From NCBI GenBank assembly GCA_030141605.1, contig JAQGDQ010002426.1, positions 1 to 47,583 on the forward strand: DNA of 47,583 bases, read 5' to 3'. Position numbers and translations under genes: made by a program. This stretch comes from Tubiluchus corallicola (taxonomy: Eukaryota > Animalia > Priapulida). Of the stretch, positions 1 through 12,205 are shown in pieces; the first letter of the stretch is position 1, and each line of letters begins with the position of its first letter. Below the pieces are notes generated by a model that saw nothing but the letters and a program-made list of their open reading frames with translations, was not told where the DNA came from and did not search any database.

Positions 1-212
1 ATGAGATGAGATGAGATGGGATGGGATGGGATGGGATGGGATGGGATGGGATGGGATGGGATGGGATGGGATGGGATGGGAGGAGGGGAGAGGAGAGGAG
101 AGGAGAGGAGATGAGATGAGATGTGATGGGATGGGATGTGATGGGATGGGATGGGTTGGGATGGGAGGGGAGGGGAGGGGAGGGGAGGTGAGGGGAGGCG
201 AGGAGAGGAGAT
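1..212. repeat. Compound pentanucleotide microsatellite (GAGAT/GGGAT/GAGAG/GGGGA)n, G-quadruplex-forming motif
   Basis: About 12 consecutive GGGAT units at 18-80. Mirror 47372-47583. Confidence 0.95.
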
Positions 213-1440
213 AAAACAAGATAAGAATGTTAATCTCACAATGCATAAAAACAATATTATACATACAAAAATGGTTTTACTTTAAATATGAATTAGAAAA
301 CATTATGAGGAGGACGAAGCAGCAGGCTATCTAGTTCGTGCCCCAGAGCAATTATTACTCAGTAATTTATGCAGTTTGAACAATTCATTACATACTAGAT
401 TTGAACGAGTATCTCACACTAAGCAAAACAATTGTTTAAAGAAATAATGAGCATCAAATAATTATGTTTAAACAAATATAGCAAATAACAGTTATACATA
501 GATATTTAGTCATTTTATACTAGATCACGAATATTTTGATGATGGATTCTATTTTATATTTCACGCCGAGGTGAAACGAAACGAAACGAAATTAATTGAT
601 TAAACAGAGTGATAAAAACAAGTACCATATATAAGAGAAAGCAAAAGAGGCAGTGAAGAAATGGATGCATTGTATAAGAATGGAGGAGTTTAATGACATC
701 TAATGAAGTAGAGCACAGAGAGCAAAACAATATTAATACTCATAAATCAAAAAGAATCAAATTAAATCTAATCTAATCAAATCAAATCAAATCAAACCAA
801 ACCAAACCAAACCAAACCAAACCAAACCAAACCAAACCAAGCCAAGTCAAGTCAAGTCAAGTCAAGTCAAGTCAAGTCAAATCAAATCAAATCAAATTAA
901 ACCAAACCAAACCGAATCAAACCTAATCAAATCAAATTAAATAAAATCAAAACGCAAATCTAAAACAAACTAAATTTAAATTTAATCAAATTTATCCACA
1001 CTTTTAATGCTGTAAATCTGTGGACTGTAACACCTTTCAATATTGAAGATTTAAACCAATATCAGTTTAAAAAAGTTATAAAATATAATCCATTATCAAA
1101 ATATTCGTGATCTAGTATATAATTACTAAATATCTATGTATAACTGTTATTTGTTATATTTATTTAAACATAATTATTTGATGCTCATTAATTCTTTAAA
1201 CAATTGTTTTGCTTAGTGTAAGATATTCGTTCAATTCTAGTATATAATGAATTGACCAAACTGCATAAATTACTGAGTAATAATTGCTCTGGGGCTAGAT
1301 AGCCTGCTCCTTGGTTCACCTCATTATGTTAATTAATTCATATTTAAAGTAAAACCATTTTTGTATGTATATTATGGTTTTTATGCATTGTGAAATTAAC
1401 ATTCTTATCTTATTTTATCTCTTCTCCTCTCCTCTTCTCT
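201..1440. mobile_element. Foldback-like element: ~350-bp imperfect inverted arms around a pentanucleotide microsatellite core
   Basis: 201-548 is the diverged reverse complement of ~1087-1440; core 760-950 is (AAATC/AAACC/AAGTC)n. Mirror ~46129-47383. Confidence 0.75.
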
Positions 1441-1874
1441 TCTCTCTTGTCTCTGTTGTCTCTTTTAAATTTGTCTTGTTTTATTTACTTTACCAAAAGA
1501 CTCTATTCTGTTCTGCTCTGATCCATTATGTCACGCCACATCTCGTTGTAGCCTTTGCCCTGTTTGATTCATTACATTATTTTTTCATTTCTATTAATTG
1601 GCTGGTTTGACTTGTTTTCGTTCTTATTAACGTACCGGATTCGGTTTTGTCAAGGATTCGCACTTTACCAGTACAGACTCGAGTCCATTTAGTAGAGCAA
1701 TCAGCGTTCTTGTTCTGTATTTTCCATTATTTAAAAATAAGCAAATAATGTCACAAACAACGTGGGTTCTATCTTTTGCGATTTTAATGCAAAATGTTCG
1801 GACGGTGTGATGAGTAAATTTCATATTAACGTCCCATAGGAATGGCATAAATCGCTTTAACTAGTTTCAATGCC

Positions 1875-2357
1875 CTGTTACTGCTGTTGTTGGCATCCTT
1901 CTGTCTCGGAAGACAATGGAGTGTACGCGCCAAGAGAGTCATTAATCAACATTGATGGAGCTGCAGCATCAACTGTGGCTGAGCAGTCCGATCCTTGGCC
2001 TCTCCAGACGGTGACTCTCCAGAACGCACGCCTGGACAAGGTGTATGGAGATCCTGAATTGCCCAGACAAGAGGAACCCCCTCTCTTCCTCTCTGGTGTA
2101 GTCCAAAGGAAAGCGCAGCGATACGTTTGGCACCAGGTTGGCTGCAGGAGCTGCCGGAGTCAGTGAGCATGCTGCACTGATCCACCTGCTTGTGCAGCTC
2201 CTCCGCCTAGTGTCGAGATGCAGTGTGGGCATCCCGCAAGCCTACAGCACCTGGTATTCCTAGGCGGTCACCCATCCAACTACTAACCAGACTCTACGTT
2301 GCTTAACTACGGTGATCAGACGAGAATTGGTGTTTTCAACGTCATATGGCCGTAATC
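1875..2357 (-). mobile_element. Putative 5S-headed SINE (SINE3-type), ~480 bp
   Basis: 5S head fused to a ~360-bp GC-rich body ending ggatgccaacaacagcagtaacag within AT-rich DNA. No clear TSD. Mirror 45212-45694. Confidence 0.6.
2238..2357 (-). rRNA. 5S rRNA-derived sequence (diverged; pseudogene or SINE head)
   Basis: Minus strand GATTACGGCCATATGACGTTGAAAACACC...GTTAAGCAACG...GGTTAGTAGTTGGATGGGTGACCGCCTAGGAATACCAGGTGCTGTAGGCTT; 120 nt; no T-run terminator. Confidence 0.9.
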
Positions 2358-2715
2358 ACAACTATAGTCTGTGACTGTAGGTTACAATTAATCATTATTT
2401 CAGATAAATCTCGTTTTGTTTGACAACGAACTCAGTGAAATCCATGTTGAGATATTAAGAGATTACGGGATATTTTTGCACATGATACTTTCTCACAGCT
2501 GTCTGAGAACATGCTGGGAACTAAAGATTTGTTCCAAGAATGTGCTGGTAATTTACCCACTTACGAATAAGTAATGTAGAAGTTATGATTTGAAGTCAGT
2601 GAGGGGGTTATTGGAACAGCTATAAAAGTGAGATTTTTAGCCAAGTGAGAATCAAACAAGCAAACATGCATGCTTTTACAAAAAAGTGGTAATATTGAAG
2701 CTAAATTCCTAATCT

Positions 2716-3475
2716 CAAGCACACATTTTATGTTATTTAGTACGATTCGCCTACTTTGATAAACTTACGTGTTTTGTACTTAAGAAATTTCTCTTACAGA
2801 ATATAACTTCATGTGGAATGTATTATTTACAAAAAAGTTATAAGGTCAATAAACGATGTATATATATATATATAGTGTTCCATTGCTACTTTGCGGTTCG
2901 TTTATCGCGGATTCTTTGTTTCGCGGGTTTTTGCACATGCGTAGTACGTATTGTACAGTAATGTATAGATTTGATGAATTTTGCATAAAAAATCACAAAA
3001 TGTATAAAAATATTTAAAAATATTAATTCTAACATTAAAACAATATTATAAATCATAAAAAATTACCATTTACAGTAAATAGTGTATTTATTCGGCGGAT
3101 GAATACACACCAAAAATGAAATGTAGTACTTGCGCCCGCTTGAGATGCTACTTGCCGACGTGAGATTGTACACAACACACGATTGGTTGATTGTGAACAT
3201 TTTTATGAACATTTAAGTAAAGTTTTTTAAAAGGTACATGTACAGTATGGGAAAAGTTATTAAGGGAATGGGAAAGGGTTATGTATAAGAGTGTGGGGAG
3301 GGTTTATAAAGACTTAAAATAATGTATAACTACTAAAATAAGTATAGCGTCCCTACTTCGCGGAAATTCACTTATCGCGGGTGGGCCTGGAACGGAAGTG
3401 AGGGAACACTGTATATTAAATGACTTACCTTAGTTTCTGCAGTCAGTTCAGAGTCAACAATTGTAGCCTGGTTTA
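2716..3475 (-). repeat. Older inverted duplication of 8381-9135 (3' 47 bp of exon 3, its donor and intronic MITE)
   Basis: Reverse complement match with scattered substitutions; includes taaaccaggctacaattgttgactctgaactgactgcagaaactaag|gtaagt. Mirror 44095-44854. Confidence 0.92.
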
Positions 3476-3975
3476 CAATGCAAATAATACAAGAGTATAA
3501 ACAGAAATCAAACAGTTTGTTGAATTATTTTAGCACTTGACATTTTAAAATTCTTTGATAAACCTAGTATATATAATCTGGGTTTTTTTTTATTAAGTTG
3601 TGAAAATGTTAAAGGAAAACCAGACAACCGTTTACACTCAATCTCATTTTCATTTACTGTCAAAGATATACATTTTCTAGCCTATAAAAGTTAACAATTG
3701 TTCCTTATATTTGAATAATTAGCTTAGACAGTTAATTACCGGCAACCGAACACAGCTATTGCTTACATCAGAAACTAACCACAGCTTGTGCAATGGTAGG
3801 CATCTTCCCTTGCGCGTCGAGTACATTTGCATAAGTGTTACAGTACTGCTTAAACGTGTGATGTCACGAAAATGGACTATACGTCATATGACGTCAGAAA
3901 GTAGTCATCTGTAGCAAAAAGGTTAATGTAGTCATTGCTTGGCAGCCTTCCAATATTTGCAGTTTATTTGTGTAG

Positions 3976-4126
3976 GTTTTACCGTACGGGTATGATCAAT
4001 TGGAAGCCAATAAAAAAGTGAACTTGGAACTAACATTGTTACAAGCTGTTAGACAGATGACCACGTCTACTGATGCCTGCACGCCAAGCAAAATCGAACA
4101 GTATGTAAAAGCTGGAGACGTACATG
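3976..4126 (+). CDS. PKD1-like exon 1 in window (end of REJ / start of helical region): VLPYGYDQLEANKKVNLELTLLQAVRQMTTSTDACTPSKIEQYVKAGDVH
   Basis: tgtag| ... G|gtaaac; phase 1 matches the next exon. Mirror 43444-43594. Confidence 0.75.
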
Positions 4127-7100
4127 GTAAACAATACGATTGGTTTGTACTTATTTAAGGGACAAGAAAAGGGGTACCTGAAGTAGGTTTTGGAAAAAGC
4201 ATCTTGAAAAATTATTAAAAAATTATATTACTTTCCAGCATATTTATGCGTATATCGTACTCGCATAGCAAGGATTTTTTGTTTGTTTTTATTTTAAACT
4301 TCCTGCGTTACTGTTCCGACCGCGTCATTACATGACGTCATACATGCACAACGTAAATCAGGGGAAGAAAAGGAAATGTTAAATTACGTCCCTTAGAACT
4401 TTCCATGCAATGTTATATTACTTAGCATTTTGCTTACCTACTTGAAAGACTTATGTAACTAGAAAAGGAAATTATTAATTATTTGAAATGTTTTCAGCAA
4501 TTGGTAAAGTGTCGTTGACTCACCTTCCAGGGTGCGCCACTCACTAACCAAAAACGTTAATTTTTAGCTTATTGACAAGCTACAGTAATTTTAAATTTTA
4601 TTTAGTTAGTGGCTTGTGCCCTACGAATACTCTGATTATTTTTTCAAAATTTACACAATGTTATCTAAACTTGTTTCAAATGACTTATTGCCAAAATGAC
4701 TGCGTCTAACTATATACCAATCTTGCATTCAAAGGAATTTTTGTTTGTTTTAGTTTTAAATCTCCCGCGACACCATTACATGACTATATGTTCAAACAAA
4801 TAGCATGATTGGATAGCCAAGATTCTCCTAAATAGAACAGTAACTAATTTGTAATCATTTAGTCATGTCTGTGCTCATACAGTAGCAGAAAACTCGTAGG
4901 TCTTATTTTGAATGGTGTGGTCCTGAAGGAATTAACCAAATTTTCTTAACAATAGTTTGTGTGGGAGTAATTCCGGGCCATGGAATGGTTCTAAAATATG
5001 GCTGCTCGTATTGTCCCTTATTAATATTATTATAACCAGTTTTATTATTATTAAGTGACAACTACTATATTAACAGGCTTATCAAGTTTTCACGATGCCC
5101 TAGGCTGATAGGTCTGTCCTACCCAACTATATTGTGAATTTATGATTGGTTATATACTGAGCAAATTGAACAATTACTTGTGGTGTATTAGTAAAGCTAT
5201 TAACATTGTTTCTACATAGACACTTTTAATTACACACACCTTTAATTACCTGTGTATGAACTGCATTTATATCAGGAGGCTCGGCAACTACTTGTTGTGT
5301 GTTACTTTGTATTTGTTCGTTATATGCTCTTATGTAGCAAATGGTGCTGTGTTATACAACGCTTGTCTTGCGTTAATATGAACGGATACACATTTTCGGA
5401 GGGCAACAAGATTCCTTTTTAAAATTGGGTGGCTGAAATGTGACACTTCAAACTTTGGTGCCCTATTCTATAGCCTAGCTAGCCTATTGGTTAACACGCC
5501 TCTAGCAAATCATTTCTGTTTGTCTCTCCTGAATGACTAATGGCGTGTTCACAGCATTTTGTTTGTAAAATTGATGTGTTTATTCTTAGGTTTATCTCAG
5601 ATAGTTAATGTGGCTTCGAGTGCGCTGAACGAGATGAAAGATGAGGATGCTACTCCTAAAGAGGCTGCAGAGAATCAACAACATTTATATGATCTCAAAT
5701 CTGAAGTAAAGAAAATTTAGTTTTTTATTGTCGTGTTAAAGGGAAAGGTTGATTTTTCATATCAGTTTTTGAAGTACAGCATGATGAGTAGATTTTAATC
5801 AGGGATGAGAATTTCCCGCGGATAGTTTTTGGAAGACCAGTAGTTCCATTTTTGTAAATCGCGTAAATTCGTTGAAAAATTTTTTACGGACCCAGTACAT
5901 TATTTCACAAGCTGACCGCTAGTTGGCAGGCCGTCACTTTGTTTACATCATGTACATCAGTGTAACCACGTGTATATCTCTATGTATAGAAATATAGAAT
6001 CAATTGCGTGCAGTTATTTGAGTCAATTGCAGACAGTTTTTATATACTTTTGCATAGGAGCGGCCAGTACTTAGGCGTTTTTGAGACAATTAGGTATCAT
6101 GTTTCCTTGATAGTTGGGTATTTTAAATTATGCATGAAACAAGGTAATTGATATTTTAAGTTCACTTAGAGGCTCTCTATGGTCACAAAATTGTAATTTG
6201 TTGCTGCCTACGGCCTGTTTCAGAGTTTTTTTGCAATTTGTAATTCTCATCCCTGTTTAATACCTGTAAAATACGCCAAAGCGTTTTTACTAATTAAATA
6301 GTAGCTTAAATACAAGTAGCTTTTATATACAAGTAAGTGGTGCATTGACAGATAATTACATAATTCATATTCGTAACTATCTAAAAAATTTTCACTCTTT
6401 AAGGCTCACTCAAAGTCGTAATTACATATTATGTTTTCCTTTCTCAACTTTCAGGTTTATTGCTGTTATACCATTGCTATTATTACATCATTTACTTAAT
6501 CTTTATTTACATTAAGTTATCTACAGAAGCATGCATAATTATAATCATTTTTTCATTTAAGTGAGGTGAGTGTGTTAATATCCATATGGTCGTACACTCA
6601 CCTCGCACTACTCAAATTATTACATCAGTTACTTCATCCTTATTCACATTAAGTTATCTACAGAAGCATGCATAACTATAATCATTTTTTCATTTAAGTA
6701 AGGTGAGTGTGTTAATGACCGTATGGTCGTACACTCACTTCGCACTACTCAAATTATTTTATTTAAAGTTTATTAATGTGTCTGATATTGTATTTTTTGA
6801 TGTGTGAAATAAATTCATAGTTATAACTTAATTAATAGCGGGTGTGTATAACCAGGGGTGATACATCACAACTGAACATTATTTTCAGCAGCACGAGAAT
6901 TGCACAAGCAGGTTGAAGCAAAAATTTAAATACGTTGCTACTGTACAACACTCAGTGTGATATACACAAACTTTTTAACTTTAAGGCAAATTTTAAGTTT
7001 AAAACTCTAATCTCACTTTTTAAAGCTGTGCTCACGCGTGAGCTCTCGAAAGTGCGCACTATATCACAAATGAACACTTTTGATCTGTGATGTACAGCGC

Positions 7101-10100
7101 CTGTTTTTTTACACGGCGAAATGCGTGTAACAGCAAAGAACCGGCTGCACGAACGTGAAAATTGCGTTTCTGTGGTAATTATTTCATGTAAATCATGTTA
7201 GTATGTTCCCAGCGAATGTTCTACAGGATACATTGTTTTGAGCTATAGTTTAACCCTTTCACTACATAGTTGTTTTTAACAGGGTGGTGTTGGCTTTTGC
7301 ACATTTGCCAATAACTTCTTGTGGTGTGTTACTAAACCAGAATCTTGCAAATAAACAAATAGCCATTTGTTATTGAATGTTCAATATTAGTTTTATTCGT
7401 ACACATGCACGCAGATATGAGCAAACACACACACACACACACATGCACACAATCATAAATAAGCATGTACTTATATTTAGAAACCAGTTTTCACAAAAAA
7501 ACAATACTAATCCATAATATACAATCATTTTATAAGAATGCAGAGTAATCAAACTAAACATACGTTTCACCAATGATCTACAAGTGATTTTGCATGGGAA
7601 CGTACCATACAGTACAGTTTTGTGGAATGCACCTGGCTTCAGATTCTGATTGGCTGGTTAGAGTTACTTGTTGCAAAGCAACCTCAATCCCACGGCTGTT
7701 AAACTTTTCTACAATGTTTTACATGGCCGTAGCAGTGAAATAAACAGACCAGGGTGACTGCGCTTGGTGCTGAGCTTGGGCGACAGTCTACCGCTTTCCA
7801 TCCCTTACAAGAAAAAAGTAGTCAGCAGTGTGCTGCCCTCTGTAGTGAAAGGGTTAAGATTGGATCAGGTTTTCCTGTAAGAAATGCTTCTCTTGCTACT
7901 TTGATAAATAATGCTACCATCCTTTCTCTCTTTAAAGAGGACGCTTTTGTGGGAGAAGCTTTACTATATCTGAACTATATTACGCACTTGTAATAACTAT
8001 GTAGTTTGCTTAATTCGGTGCATTTATTTAAATTTCTTTTGACTTTATGATTTTGAGTACTTAATCTTTAACTGGGCGAAGCGATACTGCCAACTGCTAC
8101 TATAACTAACGTCACGAGTATCTCTATTCAGAAATTTGTAGGCCAGTGTAGCAGCAGTATTATCGTTGGGAGAAAAATTCTGATTCATTTAATTTTAGTA
8201 CTAATATATTGTAATATTGTTAAGTAATATTATTAGTTATTACCTCGTTACTGTTAGCGAGTATTAGTGTTCTATTTCGTTTGATTGATTGATTTGTGTA
8301 GGTAAGAGCTTCCTTGGTGAATTCTATTGTGCAGATACCATTGATTAACATTGGTATTGTGAAACAGACATCTGATATGTTAAACCAGGCTACAATTGTT
8401 GACTCTGAACTGACTGCAGAAACTAAGGTAAGTCATTTAATATACAGTGTTCCCTCACTTCCGTTCCAGGCCCACCCGCAATAAGTGAATTTCCGCGAGC
8501 TAGGGACGCTATACTGATTTTAGTAGTTGTACATTATTTTAAGTCTTTATAAACCCTCCCCACACTCTTATACATAACCCTTTCCCATTCCCTTAATAAC
8601 TTTTCCCATACTGTACATGTACCTTTAAAAAAACTTTACTTAAATTTTCATAAAAATGTTCACAATCAACCAATCGTGTGTTGTGTACAATCTCACGTCG
8701 ACGAGTAGCATCTCCAGCGGGCGCAAGTACTACATTTCATTTTTGGTGTGTATTCATCTACCGAATAAATACACTATTTGCTGTAAATGGAAATTTTTTA
8801 TGATTTATAATATTGTTTTCATGTTAGAATTAATATATTTTATATATTTTTATACATTTTGTGATTTTTTATGCAAAATTCATCAAATCTATACATTACT
8901 GTACGATACGTACTACGCATGTGCAAAAACCCGCGAAACAACGAGTCTGTGATAAACGAACCGCGAAGTAGCGAGGGAACACTATATATATACATCGTTT
9001 ATTGACCTTATAACTTTTTTGTAAATAATACATTCCACATGAAGTTATATTCTGTAAGAGAAATTTCTTAAGTACAAAACACGTAAGTTTATCAAAGTAG
9101 GCGAATCGTACTAAATAACATAAAATGTGTGCTTGTATAGCAAAATCGTCTATAATTAAGCAGTTAAAGTTTTTCTAGTTATTCAGTTATCCTGAATCTC
9201 CATTTCATGAGGATCATTTTGACACCAAGTTCATTGCTCTATGTTATTTCTAAGCTGAGATAATCCACGTTGAAGTTGAGGTGCAGGCTATACACTGAAA
9301 AACATAACCTTGAGAAAACCACTGTTAAAGTCAGCCATTGTTTTTGTCGCATTTCTACAAAACACTTAGCAACCGGACAAATGTTGGTTGCTACGGACTT
9401 TGCAAGAATACGTTGAAGTTGTGTTTATATCCAGTAGATGGCTCTTCCACAATTATTTGTTTATTATTCCTGTTTATTATTATTATTATTATTATTATTT
9501 TCAGTCGAGGTTCAATTGATTGTTAATAATCTTTCAGATAGTTGCTATGGATAAGTTTAACAATGTTGCCAGTTTCATGAAGGATGCGGCAAATGTTGAT
9601 ATTTGTGACTCAGCCGATACTACTCAGTACGTATTCTGTTTCCTTCCATCTTTCTTCTCTTGTTTGTTTTTGCCGTTGTAATTTCTCTTGCCACACCCTT
9701 CCTACTCAGTACGTATTCTGTTTCCTTCCGTTTTTCTTCTCTTGTTTGTTTTTGCCGTTGTAATTTCTCTTGCCACACCCTTCCTACTCAGTACGTATTC
9801 TGTTTCCTTCCGTTTTTCTTCTCTTGTTTGTTTTTGCCGTTGTAATTTCTCTTGCCACACCCTTCCTACTCAGTACGTATTCTGTTTCCTTCCGTTTTTC
9901 TTCTCTTGTTTGTTTTTGCCGTTGTAATTTCTCTTGCCACACCCTTCCTACTCAGTACGTATTCTGTTTCCTTCCGTTTTTCTTCTCTTGTTTGTTTTTG
10001 CCGTTGTAATTTCTCTTGCCACACCCTTCCTACTCAGTACGTATTCTGTTTCCTTCCGTTTTTCTTCTCTTGTTTGTTTTTGCCGTTGTAATTTCTCTTG

Positions 10101-12174
10101 CCACACCCTTCCTACTCAGTACGTATTCTGTTTCCTTCCATCTTTCTTCTCTTGTTTGTTTTTGCCGTTGTAATTTCTCTTGCCACACCCTTCCTACTCA
10201 GTACGTATTCTGTTTCCTTCCATCTTTCTTCTCTTGTTTGTTTTTGCCGTTGTAATTTCTCTTGCCACACCCTTCCTACTCAGTACGTATTCTGTTTCCT
10301 TCCATCTTTCTTCTCTTGTTTGTTTTTGCCGTTGTAATTTCTCTTGCCACACCCTTCCTACTCAGTACGTATTCTGTTTCCTTCCGTTTTTCTTCTCTTG
10401 TTTGTTTTTGCCGTTGTAATTTCTCTTGCCACACCCTTCCTACTCAGTACGTATTCTGTTTCCTTCCATCTTTCTTCTCTTGTTTGTTTTTGCCGTTGTA
10501 ATTTCTCTTGCCACACCCTTCCTACTCAGTACGTATTCTGTTTCCTTCCATCTTTCTTCTCTTGTTTGTTTTTGCCGTTGTAATTTCTCTTGCCACACCC
10601 TTCCTACTCAGTACGTATTCTGTTTCCTTCCATCTTTCTTCTCTTGTTTGTTTTTGCCGTTGTAATTTCTCTTGCCACACCCTTCCTACTCAGTACGTAT
10701 TCTGTTTCCTTCCGTTTTTCTTCTCTTGTTTGTTTTTGCCGTTGTAATTTCTCTTGCCACACCCTTCCTACTCAGTACGTATTCTGTTTCCTTCCGTTTT
10801 TCTTCTCTTGTTTGTTTTTGCCGTTGTAATTTCTCTTGCCACACCCTTCCTACTCAGTACGTATTCTGTTTCCTTCCATCTTTCTTCTCTTGTTTGTTTT
10901 TGCCGTTGTAATTTCTCTTGCCACACCCTTCCTACTCAGTACGTATTCTGTTTCCTTCCGTTTTTCTTCTCTTGTTTGTTTTTGCCGTTGTAATTTCTCT
11001 TGCCACACCCTTCCTACTCAGTACGTATTCTGTTTCCTTCCGTTTTTCTTCTCTTGTTTGTTTTTGCCGTTGTAATTTCTCTTGCCACACCCTTCTTACT
11101 CAGTACGTATTCTGTTTCCTTCCGTTTTTCTTCTCTTGTTTGTTTTTGCCGTTGTAATTTCTCTTGCCACACCCTTCCTACTCAGTACGTATTCTGTTTC
11201 CTTCCATCTTTCTTCTCTTGTTTGTTTTTGCCGTTGTAATTTCTCTTGCCACACCCTTCCTACTCAGTACGTATTCTGTTTCCTTCCATCTTTCTTCTCT
11301 TGTTTGTTTTTGCCGTTGTAATTTCTCTTGCCACACCCTTCCTACTCAGTACGTATTCTGTTTCCTTCCATCTTTCTTCTCTTGTTTGTTTTTGCCGTTG
11401 TAATTTCTCTTGCCACACCCTTCCTACTCAGTACGTATTCTGTTTCCTTCCATCTTTCTTCTCTTGTTTGTTTTTGCCGTTGTAATTTCTCTTGCCACAC
11501 CCTTCCTACTCAGTACGTATTCTGTTTCCTTCCGTTTTTCTTCTCTTGTTTGTTTTTGCCGTTGTAATTTCTCTTGCCACACCCTTCCTACTCAGTACGT
11601 ATTCTGTTTCCTTCCATCTTTCTTCTCTTGTTTGTTTTTGCCGTTGTAATTTCTCTTGCCACACCCTTCCTACTCAGTACGTATTCTGTTTCCTTCCGTT
11701 TTTCTTCTCTTGTTTGTTTTTGCCGTTGTAATTTCTCTTGCCACACCCTTCCTACTCAGTACGTATTCTGTTTCCTTCCGTTTTTCTTCTCTTGTTTGTT
11801 TTTGCCGTTGTAATTTCTCTTGCCACACCCTTCTTACTCAGTACGTATTCTGTTTCCTTCCGTTTTTCTTCTCTTGTTTGTTTTTGCCGTTGTAATTTCT
11901 CTTGCCACACCCTTCTTAAGTGATGTGCATTTGCTTAGACTCGTGAATAAAACAGCTCACAATTTTCTTAGTTGAACAGTATTATTTTTACTCAATGACA
12001 AGATGTTGTTTCAAGCTACAGGTGAATCTAAAAAAACACAAACTGGATAGCATGTATAACAGTTAAAAATCAGTTACAAAAAGCGGTCACGCAACCCAAT
12101 ATAGATATAGTCACAGTGTTGTTTAACTTTCAGCAAAAAATTTAACACACAAAAGGTTATAATAAGAATAAAAA

Positions 12175-12205
<31 letters not shown>

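Noticed and set aside
1-214. Telomere, or MRWDGMG repeat protein
   Set aside because: The G-rich strand runs inward, opposite to telomere polarity, and the units are heterogeneous. The ORF is a microsatellite translation.
1870-2232. Overlapping short ORFs in GC-rich DNA
   Set aside because: They lie in the SINE-like body, with no recognisable motifs or splice context.
2238-2357. Functional 5S rRNA gene
   Set aside because: Multiple substitutions that appear to disrupt stems, no oligo-T terminator, and not in a tandem array.
2404-2547. Possible upstream REJ exon
   Set aside because: Open between an AG and a GT, but the translation lacks REJ-like motifs and the sequence looks repeat-derived.
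9620-11915. CRISPR array, or a family of 79-aa membrane peptides
   Set aside because: No unique spacers; units are contiguous 82-mers. The ORFs are by-products of the repeat, starting at non-ATG codons, in a eukaryotic intron.
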